Source of the DNA: an uncultured Bacteroidales bacterium | Lineage (GTDB): Bacteria > Bacteroidota > Bacteroidia > Bacteroidales > VadinHA17 | Direction: 5' to 3' | DNA: 64,000 nt | Assembly (NCBI GenBank): GCA_963732575.1 | Contig: CAVTAA010000002.1 | Coordinates: 192,509 to 256,508 of the forward strand | Shown here: one piece after another, positions 41,090-50,570 of the stretch | How positions within the stretch are numbered: position 1 is the first letter of the stretch | How the letters are laid out: the number at the start of each line of letters is the position of its first letter | Made by a program: the position numbers and the translations under genes | The notes under the pieces: model-generated | Seen by the model: the letters and a program-made list of their open reading frames with translations, nothing else | Told to the model about the DNA's origin: nothing | The model's database searches: none

Positions 41090-43309
41090 TCAGTTTATTG
41101 AAGCCATCGTTCTCAGTATGGACGCTGCCCAGGAATATATATTATGTCTTACAATCAACATCCTCATGTGCTTCATTCTCTGGTTTTGTTCTTCCGGAGG
41201 CATTTCCAATGCATCTTTTATCGCATCAGCTGCTTCTTCAATATCGTAGGGATTAATGATAATTGCGCTCTGAAGTTCCTGGGATGCCCCGGTGAACCGG
41301 CTCAGGATAAGAACACCGTCATTACGGTCACGGGAAGCTACAAATTCTTTCGCTACCAGGTTCATGCCGTCATGAAGCGATGTCACCATACAAAAGTTTG
41401 CTGATGAATACAACGGAGATATTTCCTGGTGGGTATGATGACGGTTGAGAAGGAGTATTGCCTTCCATTTTTTTGATTTGAATCTCAGATTAATTCTTGA
41501 AGCCTCTGCTTCAACTGCATCCATAGTGTCAGAATAGTCCTTAAGCTTCGTTCTGCTTGGTGCACCTATCTGAACGAAGGTAAATTTTTCGATATACGAA
41601 GGATTTTTCTCAAGGAATCTCTCAACCGCAAGAAATTTCTCGACAATACCTTTTGTGTAATCAATTCTGTCAACACCAATTCCGATATAATGAGACATGA
41701 TACCATGTTCTGCCAGAAAAGCATCAGCATTTACTTTAAAAGAGGCATGGTCATAGTCTTTAAGAGTAAATGCAATGCTGATGGGAAAAGGTTTAACGAT
41801 ACTTGTTCTTTTACCCATTTTAATGGAGTAATTTTCCCATAATACCCGGGACTTAAGTGCGCCATTTACTGTCTCGAGAAAATGGTTGCAGTGGTATTGG
41901 GTGTGAAAGCCGATAAGGTCAGCTCCCAACATACCCAATAATATTTCTTTCTGCCATGGACATATTCCAAATGATTCCGGATTTGGCCATGGGATATGCC
42001 AGAATATAGCTATCCTGGAATTAGGTTTTTCACTCTTAATTAATTCAGGCAATAAGGCAAAATGATAGTCCTGAATAAGAATGAACGGATTATCCTCATC
42101 TTTTACTTCCTCAAGGACAGCTTTGGCAAAATCTTCATTGACTTTTTTATAAAAGAGCCAGTCATTCTTACGGAAAGTCGGCCTGGTATGAGCAATGTGA
42201 CAGAGTGGCCACAGGCCTTCATTCGAAAAACCATAATAGTAGTGATCTTCCTCCTCTTTGGTGAGCCATACTCTTTTCAGGGTATATTTAGGTTCCTCAG
42301 GTGGCACTTCAACTTTGTTCTCGGCATTTACTGTTTCTCTGTCCGCATCTCCCATCCCCGATGCAATCCAGATTCCACCGCATGCTTCTAACACAGGTTC
42401 TATTGCAGTTATCATTCCGCTTGCAGGGACAATGCATTTAATCCTCTTTCCGTCATGAATATGCATATAAGGCTCGCGATTGGAAACCACTACTATTTTC
42501 TTATTCTGCAGAAGATTTCCCATTTCTGCCTTAAGTCGTTCCGGTGTCCAGATCGCCTCAGCTGTTGCTCTTAATCGTGCTTCTTCCTCCGCTGAAGCTT
42601 TAGCTATACGCATTTCAACTGCGATAGATTCAATCTCTTTGTGCAGAGGACCCAGAAACCTGAGATTTGATGGCGGATTATTATGCTCGACGTTTCCGGC
42701 ACGCATTGCTTTCATCCAGTTCAGAATCTTATTCATCGGGTTAAAAATCCCCCATCTTATAAGGGCGAACGTGACAAAGCCAATAAATAATGTCTGTAGG
42801 AACCAGCGCATGAAATTGCGAAACCAGATCTTACTGATGTTCTGGCCTATATACCCGGCATCAGAATAGAGTACCAGGGCACCATTTGCAAAATCAGACT
42901 TACTTACCGGTCTTATATATTGAAAAACATCTATCCCGGCGTGCTCAAAGAATGTACCGAAAGAAGAGTCCTTCTCAACGGCCTTTGGAACTAAATCTAC
43001 AGAGAAATTTATCAGGTCAAACGGTGAATTATTAAATAGCAGGCTATCCTCATCATAATAAAGCGCCAGCCCTAGTAAACCATTTCTGGCTTTAATGCTA
43101 TCTGCCAATCGCTCAAGACCTTTGTAATCCGGGTTGTCAATAATGGTTACAAGATAACCGGAAATTTCTTCTGCTCTGGCTGAAGTCAGAACTTCAAGTT
43201 CATTGTTCAGCTTACCTCTCTCAGCAGAAATCTGGAACACTGTGAACCCCAGAGCTACGAGGCTTACCGCAAGAATGATAGAGAGAATAAATGCAAGAGT
43301 ATTTCTCAT
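41090..43309 (-). CDS. otsA: Trehalose-6-phosphate synthase (GT20, OtsA-like) fused to an N-terminal TM / periplasmic sensor / TM / HAMP-like region
   Basis: Intact 739 aa. GT20 core VVVSNREPY..., GFSNEGLWPLCH, IQDYHFALLP and LIGFHTQYH. The N-terminal 260 aa has two TM helices and FNPMNKILNWMKAMRAGNV...LGPLHKEIESIAVEM. Confidence 0.85.
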   Translation of the reverse strand: MRNTLAFILSIILAVSLVALGFTVFQISAERGKLNNELEVLTSARAEEISGYLVTIIDNPDYKGLERLADSIKARNGLLGLALYYDEDSLLFNNSPFDLINFSVDLVPKAVEKDSSFGTFFEHAGIDVFQYIRPVSKSDFANGALVLYSDAGYIGQNISKIWFRNFMRWFLQTLFIGFVTFALIRWGIFNPMNKILNWMKAMRAGNVEHNNPPSNLRFLGPLHKEIESIAVEMRIAKASAEEEARLRATAEAIWTPERLKAEMGNLLQNKKIVVVSNREPYMHIHDGKRIKCIVPASGMITAIEPVLEACGGIWIASGMGDADRETVNAENKVEVPPEEPKYTLKRVWLTKEEEDHYYYGFSNEGLWPLCHIAHTRPTFRKNDWLFYKKVNEDFAKAVLEEVKDEDNPFILIQDYHFALLPELIKSEKPNSRIAIFWHIPWPNPESFGICPWQKEILLGMLGADLIGFHTQYHCNHFLETVNGALKSRVLWENYSIKMGKRTSIVKPFPISIAFTLKDYDHASFKVNADAFLAEHGIMSHYIGIGVDRIDYTKGIVEKFLAVERFLEKNPSYIEKFTFVQIGAPSRTKLKDYSDTMDAVEAEASRINLRFKSKKWKAILLLNRHHTHQEISPLYSSANFCMVTSLHDGMNLVAKEFVASRDRNDGVLILSRFTGASQELQSAIIINPYDIEEAADAIKDALEMPPEEQNQRMKHMRMLIVRHNIYSWAASILRTMASIN

Positions 43310-43441
43310 TCGGTTAATTGCTGTAATAATTTTTCCACTTCAAAAATATCCTCGAATTTATATCTGGCATAGGTTGCTCCAGTTCCGATTCCCGGGAAGA
43401 TTCAGTTATACTAACAACTGCCCGGTGTAACTGAATAATTC

Positions 43442-43449
43442 CAAAGTTA
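43442..43449 (-). promoter_or_regulatory. Candidate -7 box for the otsA-like gene
   Basis: The coding strand reads TAACTTTG, a perfect TAnnTTTG, about 130 nt upstream of the ATG at 43309. Confidence 0.3.
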
Positions 43450-43526
43450 CCAAATGTTTACTGTCGAGGCAATTTTATTGTCAGATGGGTAGAGTGAAAT
43501 TCTGCAACGCAGTCCAAATGCATTAG

Positions 43527-43534
43527 TATCTTTG
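43527..43534 (+). promoter_or_regulatory. Candidate -7 box for the GH15 gene
   Basis: TATCTTTG (TAnnTTTG), 72 nt upstream of the ATG at 43606. Confidence 0.3.
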
Positions 43535-43605
43535 TCAGTGTATTTCTTGTCTACCCACTTTCGGTTGATTGGTAGACGATTTGTTAACCTTAATTATGAT
43601 TTTAT

Positions 43606-45399
43606 ATGGATAATCTTAATTATGGTGTTATTGGGAACGGCAGGAGTGCCGCTCTTGTTTCGGATAAAGGCAGTATTGACTGGTGTTGCCTTCCTGACTT
43701 TGATTCCCCTTCAATGTTTGCTAAATTGCTTGATAGTGATAAGGGTGGGAGTTTTGAAATTATTGTTGACGATTCGTACAGCATATCTCAAAAGTACCTC
43801 TACCGGACAAACATACTTTGCACAGAATTCAAATCGACGGAAGGAACCTTTGAAGTCATCGATTTTATGCCAAGGTATAAAACGTCTGACCAGGACTACT
43901 TTGCCCCTGCCGAGTTATACCGATATATAAAATATATATCCGGAAAACCCTCATTCAGAGTAAAATATTGTCCCGCCTTTAATTATGCGCGAGAAGCAGT
44001 CGCCAGTATATCAGATGAAGAATGTATTGTAACATATTCAATTGAAAAACCTACAGATTGTATATATCTCTATACCAGCCTGAATTTTAATGATGTTCTC
44101 GAATCGAATAATATCGAACTTACACAACACCAGTTTATTTTACTGTCATACAATCAGAAAATTATTAAAATTGATATCAAAAGGGTCTACCTGGAGTTTC
44201 AGCGCACAAAAGTCTATTGGCTTAACTGGACAAACCGGTCCAGAAGATTTAAAAAATATCAGGAAGAAATAATAAGAAGTCAGCTGGTTTTAAAAATAAT
44301 GTCATTTCAATCTACCGGGGCTTTGCTTGCAGCACTGACAACCAGTATCCCTGAAACTATTGGTGAAGCCCGTAACTGGGATTATCGGTTCTGCTGGTTA
44401 CGTGATGCTTCGATGTCATTGGATACATTGCTTAATATGGGGCATTTTTATTCTGCACAGCGCTTCATGGGTTATTTGAAAGGTATTTTGAAGTCAAAAA
44501 ATGACACGTTCCAGATTATGTATGGCATCAGGGGTGAGCGTGAACTGACAGAACAGGAGCTACCTCATCTTGCAGGTTATGAAAATTCAAAACCTGTAAG
44601 AATTGGCAATGCAGCATTTTCACAAAGGCAAAATGATGTTTTTGGATATCTGCTGCATGTTATTTACCAGTATTATAAATTTTTTCCCGGCACATTAGAC
44701 GAAGTTGAAGATATATGGGAGATTGTACGACTGATTTGCCGGACGATTTCCACTCACTGGGAAAAGCCGGACAAGGGTATCTGGGAAATAAGGAATGAGG
44801 AGAAGCATTTTGTTATCTCAAAAGTAATGAGCTGGGTAGCTATGGACAGGGCAGTGAAAATTGCCGGATTACTTAATAAGAATAACTATGCTGAATCGTG
44901 GAGAGGAATTGCTGATGATATTAAAGAGGATGTATTAAAGAACGGATGGAAAGAGGACCTGCAGACCTTTACAAGAGCGTATAATGATTCAGATCTTGAT
45001 GCCTCTTTGCTCCTGATGGCTGAATATGGTTTTATTGATCCCTTTGATCCTAAGTATAAAAAAACAGTCATTGCCGTAAAGAAGGAGCTCTTTAATAACG
45101 GACTTGTTTATCGCTATATCAGTGCCGATGATTTTGGCAAGCCAAGCTCCTCATTTACAATATGTACTTTCTGGTTGATCCAGGCACTTTTCAGAATAGG
45201 AGAAAAAGATGAGGCAAAAAAAATATTTGAGGACTTATTGACTTATGGAAATCACCTCGGGCTTTTCAGTGAAGATATTGACTTCTCCACGAAGCGATTA
45301 CTTGGTAATTTCCCTCAGGCATATTCACACCTGGCTTTAATTAATTCAGCAACTTTATTTTCAGAAGAGGACATTTTGCCGAAATTCATCATGCCCTGA
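43606..45399 (+). CDS. Glycoside hydrolase family 15 (glucoamylase/trehalase-like)
   Basis: Intact 597 aa. N-terminus MDNLNYGVIGNGRSAALVSDKGSIDWCCLPDFDSPSMFAKLL, then NWDYRFCWLRDAS is typical GH15. Divergent from the otsA-like gene. Confidence 0.85.
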   Translation: MDNLNYGVIGNGRSAALVSDKGSIDWCCLPDFDSPSMFAKLLDSDKGGSFEIIVDDSYSISQKYLYRTNILCTEFKSTEGTFEVIDFMPRYKTSDQDYFAPAELYRYIKYISGKPSFRVKYCPAFNYAREAVASISDEECIVTYSIEKPTDCIYLYTSLNFNDVLESNNIELTQHQFILLSYNQKIIKIDIKRVYLEFQRTKVYWLNWTNRSRRFKKYQEEIIRSQLVLKIMSFQSTGALLAALTTSIPETIGEARNWDYRFCWLRDASMSLDTLLNMGHFYSAQRFMGYLKGILKSKNDTFQIMYGIRGERELTEQELPHLAGYENSKPVRIGNAAFSQRQNDVFGYLLHVIYQYYKFFPGTLDEVEDIWEIVRLICRTISTHWEKPDKGIWEIRNEEKHFVISKVMSWVAMDRAVKIAGLLNKNNYAESWRGIADDIKEDVLKNGWKEDLQTFTRAYNDSDLDASLLLMAEYGFIDPFDPKYKKTVIAVKKELFNNGLVYRYISADDFGKPSSSFTICTFWLIQALFRIGEKDEAKKIFEDLLTYGNHLGLFSEDIDFSTKRLLGNFPQAYSHLALINSATLFSEEDILPKFIMP

Positions 45400-45472
45400 T
45401 GTCGCCTTTATTGTCTTTCTGGCGGTAAGAGATGAAGATGTCGCATCCGTATCCGGGGATAAGGCTGTCCAT
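45392..45472 (-). pseudogene. 5' remnant (24 codons) of a fifth TIR-TPR paralog
   Basis: The ATG at 45472 directly abuts the TGA of paralog C. It reads MDSLIPGYGCDIFISYRQKDNKGD, then runs into the antisense of the GH15 stop codon. 45400-45472 matches 47818-47890 at about 64 of 73 nt. Confidence 0.7.
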
Positions 45473-47890
45473 TCAGTTAACGGTATATTTCTCTAAGATT
45501 CTCTCAAACTCAGGATCCTGTTTTAACGGGGCCCATCTTGGATCCAGTTCCAGAATTTTGGAAGAAAGCGGGCCTGGTATTGATAATAAATAATCTATTT
45601 GCTTTATTGCCTCGTGATATTTTCCCAGCAAAACATAGGTATAAGCCAGGCTTTCAACTAAGTAAACACCTTTCCATGCCTCTTCCTTCACAGGTAACAT
45701 TCTGACAGCCTTTTCACCTGAAGTGATTGCTTTTTCTTCTAAGCCCAGGCCTGCGTAAGCAATGCCCAATGAACTGTATAATCTTTGATCCTGCGGAAAA
45801 TCAATGACCTTCTTTTCAATTAGAATCCGTGTTGAGTCATAATAAGCGTGCTCTAACTCAGGCTTGTTCATTAAACCGTAAATAAAAGCGTAGTAGAGAT
45901 ATTTTGGACGGTAATACCACTGGGCTTCAAAAATATCGAATCCGGATCGAGTAAGATTTTTCAGAGCTTCCTCATAATCGCCATCATAAATATTAATTAA
46001 AACCAGTGTTTCTAATGTAAGAGAATCCTTAAAAAAGAATGCATTTTTCCGGGTTTCATCATCCAGGAGTTCTTTTGCCCGTATCGTATTACCATCAATT
46101 TTCATATACAGCTCGGCCAGATCTTTATAAGGATATGTCCAGTCCGGATTAATAGAAAGGGTTGTATTATAGTATTGGAGTGCTTCCGGATAATTCCTGA
46201 TCAGATCAAATGTCTCCCCGGTATTAAATGCAATACGTGCAGATTTGGGAGCAAGCTTGCTGGCTTTCACAAGAAAGGATTTTGACATTTCCCAGTTCCC
46301 GTCACGACGGTAGACACACCCTGCGTAGTAAAAGGCTTCAGAATTCCCCGGTTGTTCTTTTATGACCATTTCTAACTGCTCAAGAGCCCTGGAGTAATCC
46401 AGATGACCATTGTAGTAATAAACCCCCAGCGCAAGATGTGCGTCAGGTAACTGGGGATCTATGTCGAAAGCTCTGTCAATTGCCTCTCTGCACCTCTGCA
46501 ATACCTCTTCATTACGATTATGATAGAACCAGTATTGCGATAAATAACTCATCGCAAGCCTGGTATAGGCCAAAGCAAATCCTGGATCAAGCTCAATTAC
46601 TTTTTCGTACATGTGTACTGCCTGTTCATAGTCTTGTGAATCATAACTCTTCCAGTAATAGAAGTTGCCCTGGAGATATAGATTGTATGCTTCAAGATTT
46701 TCGGTTGGTCTCTTCTCAATATTTTCAATTTCATCCGGCGTGAGTACCGCTTTCATTTCCGCAGCGATTGACTTTGCTATTTCACTCTGAAGAGAAAATA
46801 TCTGTTCAATGGTCATCTCTCTCGTATAATCATTTGACCATAAGTGCTTATCGGCTTTTGTATCAATCAGCTGAACCCATATTTTTATATTATTCCCTTC
46901 GCGTCCTACACTGCCTTCAACTAAATAATTTACATTAAGCTCGTTACCTATTGCTGTTATAGACTTCTTCGTGTCTCTGTACTGATCGGTAGATGTTCTG
47001 GATCGTACCGTAAAACTTTGAATTTTTTGCAGATTATTTAAAATCTCTTCAGTAAAACCGTCACAAAAATATAACTGGGTAGAATTGTTGCTCAGATTAC
47101 GGAAAGGCAGAACGGCAATTGATTTTTCAACTTGCTCTGATGATTTAAACAGTTTTGGAATAAATAAAAAGCCAAGGAGCGTTAATATTATGGCTATTAT
47201 AGATATTGCAAGGATCCTTGTCTTACGATTTTTTTTTCGGACAGGTTCCGACTTAATTACTTCCTTTTCTACTTCTTCTTTCTGTGTACTATATTGGGTT
47301 ATCGAAGTAATGATTTCTCTTATTGCAAGGGCAACTTTATTAATCTGATTCCGGTAATTGGTTTTATTCAGATTTTTCTCCTCGTTATCCTTTGTCGTCA
47401 GCGGTCTGTCAACGCCTGGTTCTTTGTATATGAATTCAACTCCTCTGAGAACTCCATCCAGGACAGATTCACATAGTTTTATGTCGGCAGTGTCTAAATC
47501 ATGAATACGTACCGGCAGTACCCTGCTTGCAACATTACCGTTAGGCAGTTTAACTTTCAAACCAAACTGCTCATTTGAAGCCTGTTTCACAAATGCTTTG
47601 AATTCGTGTTCCCAGGCAAATGATTTCGGATCGCAATAAGTGCGTGAGATGATTGGGATAAAGACCAGACACTTTAGTTTCTCTTTCAGGGAAGCATCAA
47701 CATCATGTGTCTCCAGCAGTCCATCATGTGGATTGATATCGTAATAAACGCTAATCTCTTCCTTGAATGTTGACTCCAGTTCTGTCTTTAAAGCGTCAAC
47801 GAATTCGCTGACCCATCTGTCGCCTTTGTTGTCTTTCTGGCGGTAAGAGATGAAGATGTCGTATTCGTATCCGGGGGCAAGACTTGCCAT
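45473..47890 (-). CDS. TIR-domain / single-TM / TolB-N-like / TPR protein, paralog C
   Basis: Intact 805 aa. MASLAPGYEYDIFISYRQKDNKGDRW and SFAWEHEF are present. TM is ILAISIIAIILTLLGFLFIP. Then KSIAVLPFRNLSNNSTQLYFCDGFTEEILNNL and TPR-like repeats. Confidence 0.85.
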   Translation of the reverse strand: MASLAPGYEYDIFISYRQKDNKGDRWVSEFVDALKTELESTFKEEISVYYDINPHDGLLETHDVDASLKEKLKCLVFIPIISRTYCDPKSFAWEHEFKAFVKQASNEQFGLKVKLPNGNVASRVLPVRIHDLDTADIKLCESVLDGVLRGVEFIYKEPGVDRPLTTKDNEEKNLNKTNYRNQINKVALAIREIITSITQYSTQKEEVEKEVIKSEPVRKKNRKTRILAISIIAIILTLLGFLFIPKLFKSSEQVEKSIAVLPFRNLSNNSTQLYFCDGFTEEILNNLQKIQSFTVRSRTSTDQYRDTKKSITAIGNELNVNYLVEGSVGREGNNIKIWVQLIDTKADKHLWSNDYTREMTIEQIFSLQSEIAKSIAAEMKAVLTPDEIENIEKRPTENLEAYNLYLQGNFYYWKSYDSQDYEQAVHMYEKVIELDPGFALAYTRLAMSYLSQYWFYHNRNEEVLQRCREAIDRAFDIDPQLPDAHLALGVYYYNGHLDYSRALEQLEMVIKEQPGNSEAFYYAGCVYRRDGNWEMSKSFLVKASKLAPKSARIAFNTGETFDLIRNYPEALQYYNTTLSINPDWTYPYKDLAELYMKIDGNTIRAKELLDDETRKNAFFFKDSLTLETLVLINIYDGDYEEALKNLTRSGFDIFEAQWYYRPKYLYYAFIYGLMNKPELEHAYYDSTRILIEKKVIDFPQDQRLYSSLGIAYAGLGLEEKAITSGEKAVRMLPVKEEAWKGVYLVESLAYTYVLLGKYHEAIKQIDYLLSIPGPLSSKILELDPRWAPLKQDPEFERILEKYTVN

Positions 47891-47899
47891 GTCGATTAA

Positions 47900-50302
47900 T
47901 TACTGGTATTTTGTCTTATATTCTGTTGTGAGAATCTTTTGAAAGCGAGGTAAATCGCGCAGTTTATCGTAAGCCGGATCAATTTTAAGCAGCGGAACAG
48001 ACAACTCACCCGGGATTGTTAGGAGATATTCAATCTTATCCATTGCCAGATCATATTCTCCTGCAAGTATATAAATATTAGCAAGATCATTCTCCTTTAC
48101 AAATCCTTGCCAAACATCCATTTTCATTGGCTTAAGTTTTACGGCTTTTTGTGCGCTTTCGATAGCTTTTTTATTCTCTCCTTTATAAGCATAAGCATAT
48201 CCCAGGGCTGCATAAAACCTGTCATCATCAGGGAATTTCCTGATTTTCAAATTTAACTCAGTGATAGCAGAATCCGCATATCTCCTGCTCATCTGAATAT
48301 TTGAATTAAGAAAGTAAGCCTTTGCGAGATTTAAAGTCTTCGGAAAGTAGTTAAATTGAGTTTCAGTTTTTTCTGTTACTTGTAATAACTTATCAAATTT
48401 CCTGCTGTAATAATAATAGCTGTCCCCGGGATAGTAGTAAAACCACAATTCTGAATTACTTAACTCTGATACTTTCAGAGCTTCTTCTACATTACCCTTC
48501 CATAAAAGGATAGTCTGAAATTTGTCATATTTGATTTTTGTATCGGGATCAAGCTGTATCCCTAAAACCTGCGGTCTGTTAAAAAGATCCATAGCCTCAG
48601 AATATCTCCTTAACAAACGGTAGGAATAACCTGCCTCAATGATATATTCTCCATTAAACGGATCTAAAAGAAAGTACTTTTGTACTTCTTTCAGGTGTTC
48701 CTCCCAGAGTCCATTCCGTCGCAATACAAAACTTTTAAGATAAATACAATCTGAGAAATTTGGTGTTTGAGATAACAATTCATTCAATAATTCCAAGGCT
48801 CTGTCATTATCCCGATCAAGATTATAGAGCAACCTTGCTTGCGTAAATTTCACTCCAGGCAGATCGGGATTTATCTTCATTACAGTTTCAATATCTTCTC
48901 TTGCCAAATGATCAAAATCTTGCCAACTTTCAAAGTTTTTATACTCGTCTTTTGTAAAAAATATGTTGCTGTAATAAGAGGCTCTAAATAAATATGCCAA
49001 AACAAATTCCGGATCATGCTCAATGGCTTTATCCAGCATTCTGATCGCTGAATCCTGCTTTATTTCTGATGAATATTGTATTGCTCTGAGATAATAATCG
49101 TAAGCTATCGGATTTTTTGTTGGAATTTGCCGGATCTGGCTTTCTTCCTGACTTGTAAGAATAGCTTTTAATTCCCTGGCAACATTTTGAGCTACCTCAG
49201 TCTGTATTGAGAAAATATCCGCAAGGTTTTTATCATATGTTTCTGACCATAAATGCGTATCAGTTCTTGCGTCAATTAGTTGTGCGGTAATTCGTACATT
49301 GCTCCCGATCTTTTGTACACTGCCCTCGAGGATTGAAGAGACACCTAGCTCTTTGGAGATCTCTCTTAAAGAGAGTTCTGTATTCTTATATTTCTTCGTT
49401 GAAGTGCTGGAAATTACTTTTAGTTCACCAACCTTGAACAGGTGGTTTAAAATTGCCTCCACAACACCATCACTGAAATATTCTTGTTCAGGATCATTGC
49501 TGAGATTAACAAATGGTAACACAGCAACGGATTTTTCAGTTGGTTCTGAAGACTTAAACAACTTAGGAATAGTAAAATACCCAATGAATATCAGTACCAG
49601 CAAAATGACTGATGTAATAATAATCTTTGTTTTCAGGCTCTTAGGCTTTTTGTGATTTGCCTTAGTAACATTTTTTGTACCCTCTGCATTCTGTTGATTA
49701 TGCTTTTTTATTGCAGTAATTATCTCTTTAACAGCATTTGCAACTTTATTGATCTGATCGCGATAATAAGTCTTATTCAGGTTGTCCTGAGGGTGATCTT
49801 CATTGGCTCTCAAAGGACGATTTACACCAGATGACTTATAAATAAACTCTATGCATCGAAGTACTTCCTCAAGTTCATTCTCAAGAAGTGTATCATCGTC
49901 CGGGTCGAGATCATGAATCTTGATTGGCAATATCCTGCTGGCAACATTCCCACTTGCAAGTTTCAGGTCTCTTCCAAACCTGTCTTCCTTTGCCAGCTTA
50001 TTAAATGCGCAAAACTCGTGTTGCCAGGCAAAGCTTTTTGAATTGCAATAAGTTCTTGATATTACAGGAATGAAGATCAGGCATTTCAATTTATCCTCCA
50101 GAGAGCGATTTACTAAATGGGTTTCAAGTAAGCCATCTTGTGGATTGATATCAAAATAAACTGATATTTTGTCCTTAATGTTAGCCTCTAGTTCTTTGTT
50201 GAGATTATTTACAAACTCAGTAACCCAGCCATCATATTTATTATCATTCTGACGGTAACTAATGAAGATGTCGTATTCAAAGCCTGGGATGATGCTTGAC
50301 AT
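47900..50302 (-). CDS. TIR-domain / single-TM / TolB-N-like / TPR protein, paralog D
   Basis: Intact, 800 aa from MSSIIPGFEYDIFISYRQNDNKYDGW (the track ORF extends to 50356). SFAWQHEF is present. TM is IIITSVILLVLIFIGYFTIP. Then KSVAVLPFVNLSNDPEQEYFSDGVVEAILNHL. 9-nt spacer to paralog C. Confidence 0.85.
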   Translation of the reverse strand: MSSIIPGFEYDIFISYRQNDNKYDGWVTEFVNNLNKELEANIKDKISVYFDINPQDGLLETHLVNRSLEDKLKCLIFIPVISRTYCNSKSFAWQHEFCAFNKLAKEDRFGRDLKLASGNVASRILPIKIHDLDPDDDTLLENELEEVLRCIEFIYKSSGVNRPLRANEDHPQDNLNKTYYRDQINKVANAVKEIITAIKKHNQQNAEGTKNVTKANHKKPKSLKTKIIITSVILLVLIFIGYFTIPKLFKSSEPTEKSVAVLPFVNLSNDPEQEYFSDGVVEAILNHLFKVGELKVISSTSTKKYKNTELSLREISKELGVSSILEGSVQKIGSNVRITAQLIDARTDTHLWSETYDKNLADIFSIQTEVAQNVARELKAILTSQEESQIRQIPTKNPIAYDYYLRAIQYSSEIKQDSAIRMLDKAIEHDPEFVLAYLFRASYYSNIFFTKDEYKNFESWQDFDHLAREDIETVMKINPDLPGVKFTQARLLYNLDRDNDRALELLNELLSQTPNFSDCIYLKSFVLRRNGLWEEHLKEVQKYFLLDPFNGEYIIEAGYSYRLLRRYSEAMDLFNRPQVLGIQLDPDTKIKYDKFQTILLWKGNVEEALKVSELSNSELWFYYYPGDSYYYYSRKFDKLLQVTEKTETQFNYFPKTLNLAKAYFLNSNIQMSRRYADSAITELNLKIRKFPDDDRFYAALGYAYAYKGENKKAIESAQKAVKLKPMKMDVWQGFVKENDLANIYILAGEYDLAMDKIEYLLTIPGELSVPLLKIDPAYDKLRDLPRFQKILTTEYKTKYQ

Positions 50303-50508
50303 CAGGGTTCTATTTAATTCATTATCAAAAATAAACCTAAGTAAGGCCAAATGCAAATATTAGTTTACATTGGTAGGACAAAATCCTTAATTGATTTCCC
50401 TTTGACAAGGGTTTTAAAGATGTCGTTGATCAAATTAGCACTAGAATGGTGTTAATCACCAAAGACCACTGTTTATTGGAAAACGATTTCGTTGGAATTC
50501 TACCAAAA

Positions 50509-50530
50509 ACCTAGCAAGAACCTAGCAAGA
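50509..50530. repeat. Perfect 11-nt tandem duplication
   Basis: ACCTAGCAAGA ACCTAGCAAGA, read directly from the sequence. Confidence 0.8.
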
Positions 50531-50570
50531 TGAAAAAACCACTTATCAGGATTTCTTGTTAAGTAATTGA

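Noticed and set aside
43532-43930. 132-aa plus-strand ORF overlapping the start of the GH15 gene.
   Set aside because: It is out of frame with, and largely overlapped by, the GH15 ORF. The GH15 N-terminus (MDNLNYGVIGNGRSAAL) is the canonical family start. The upstream part covers the promoter region.
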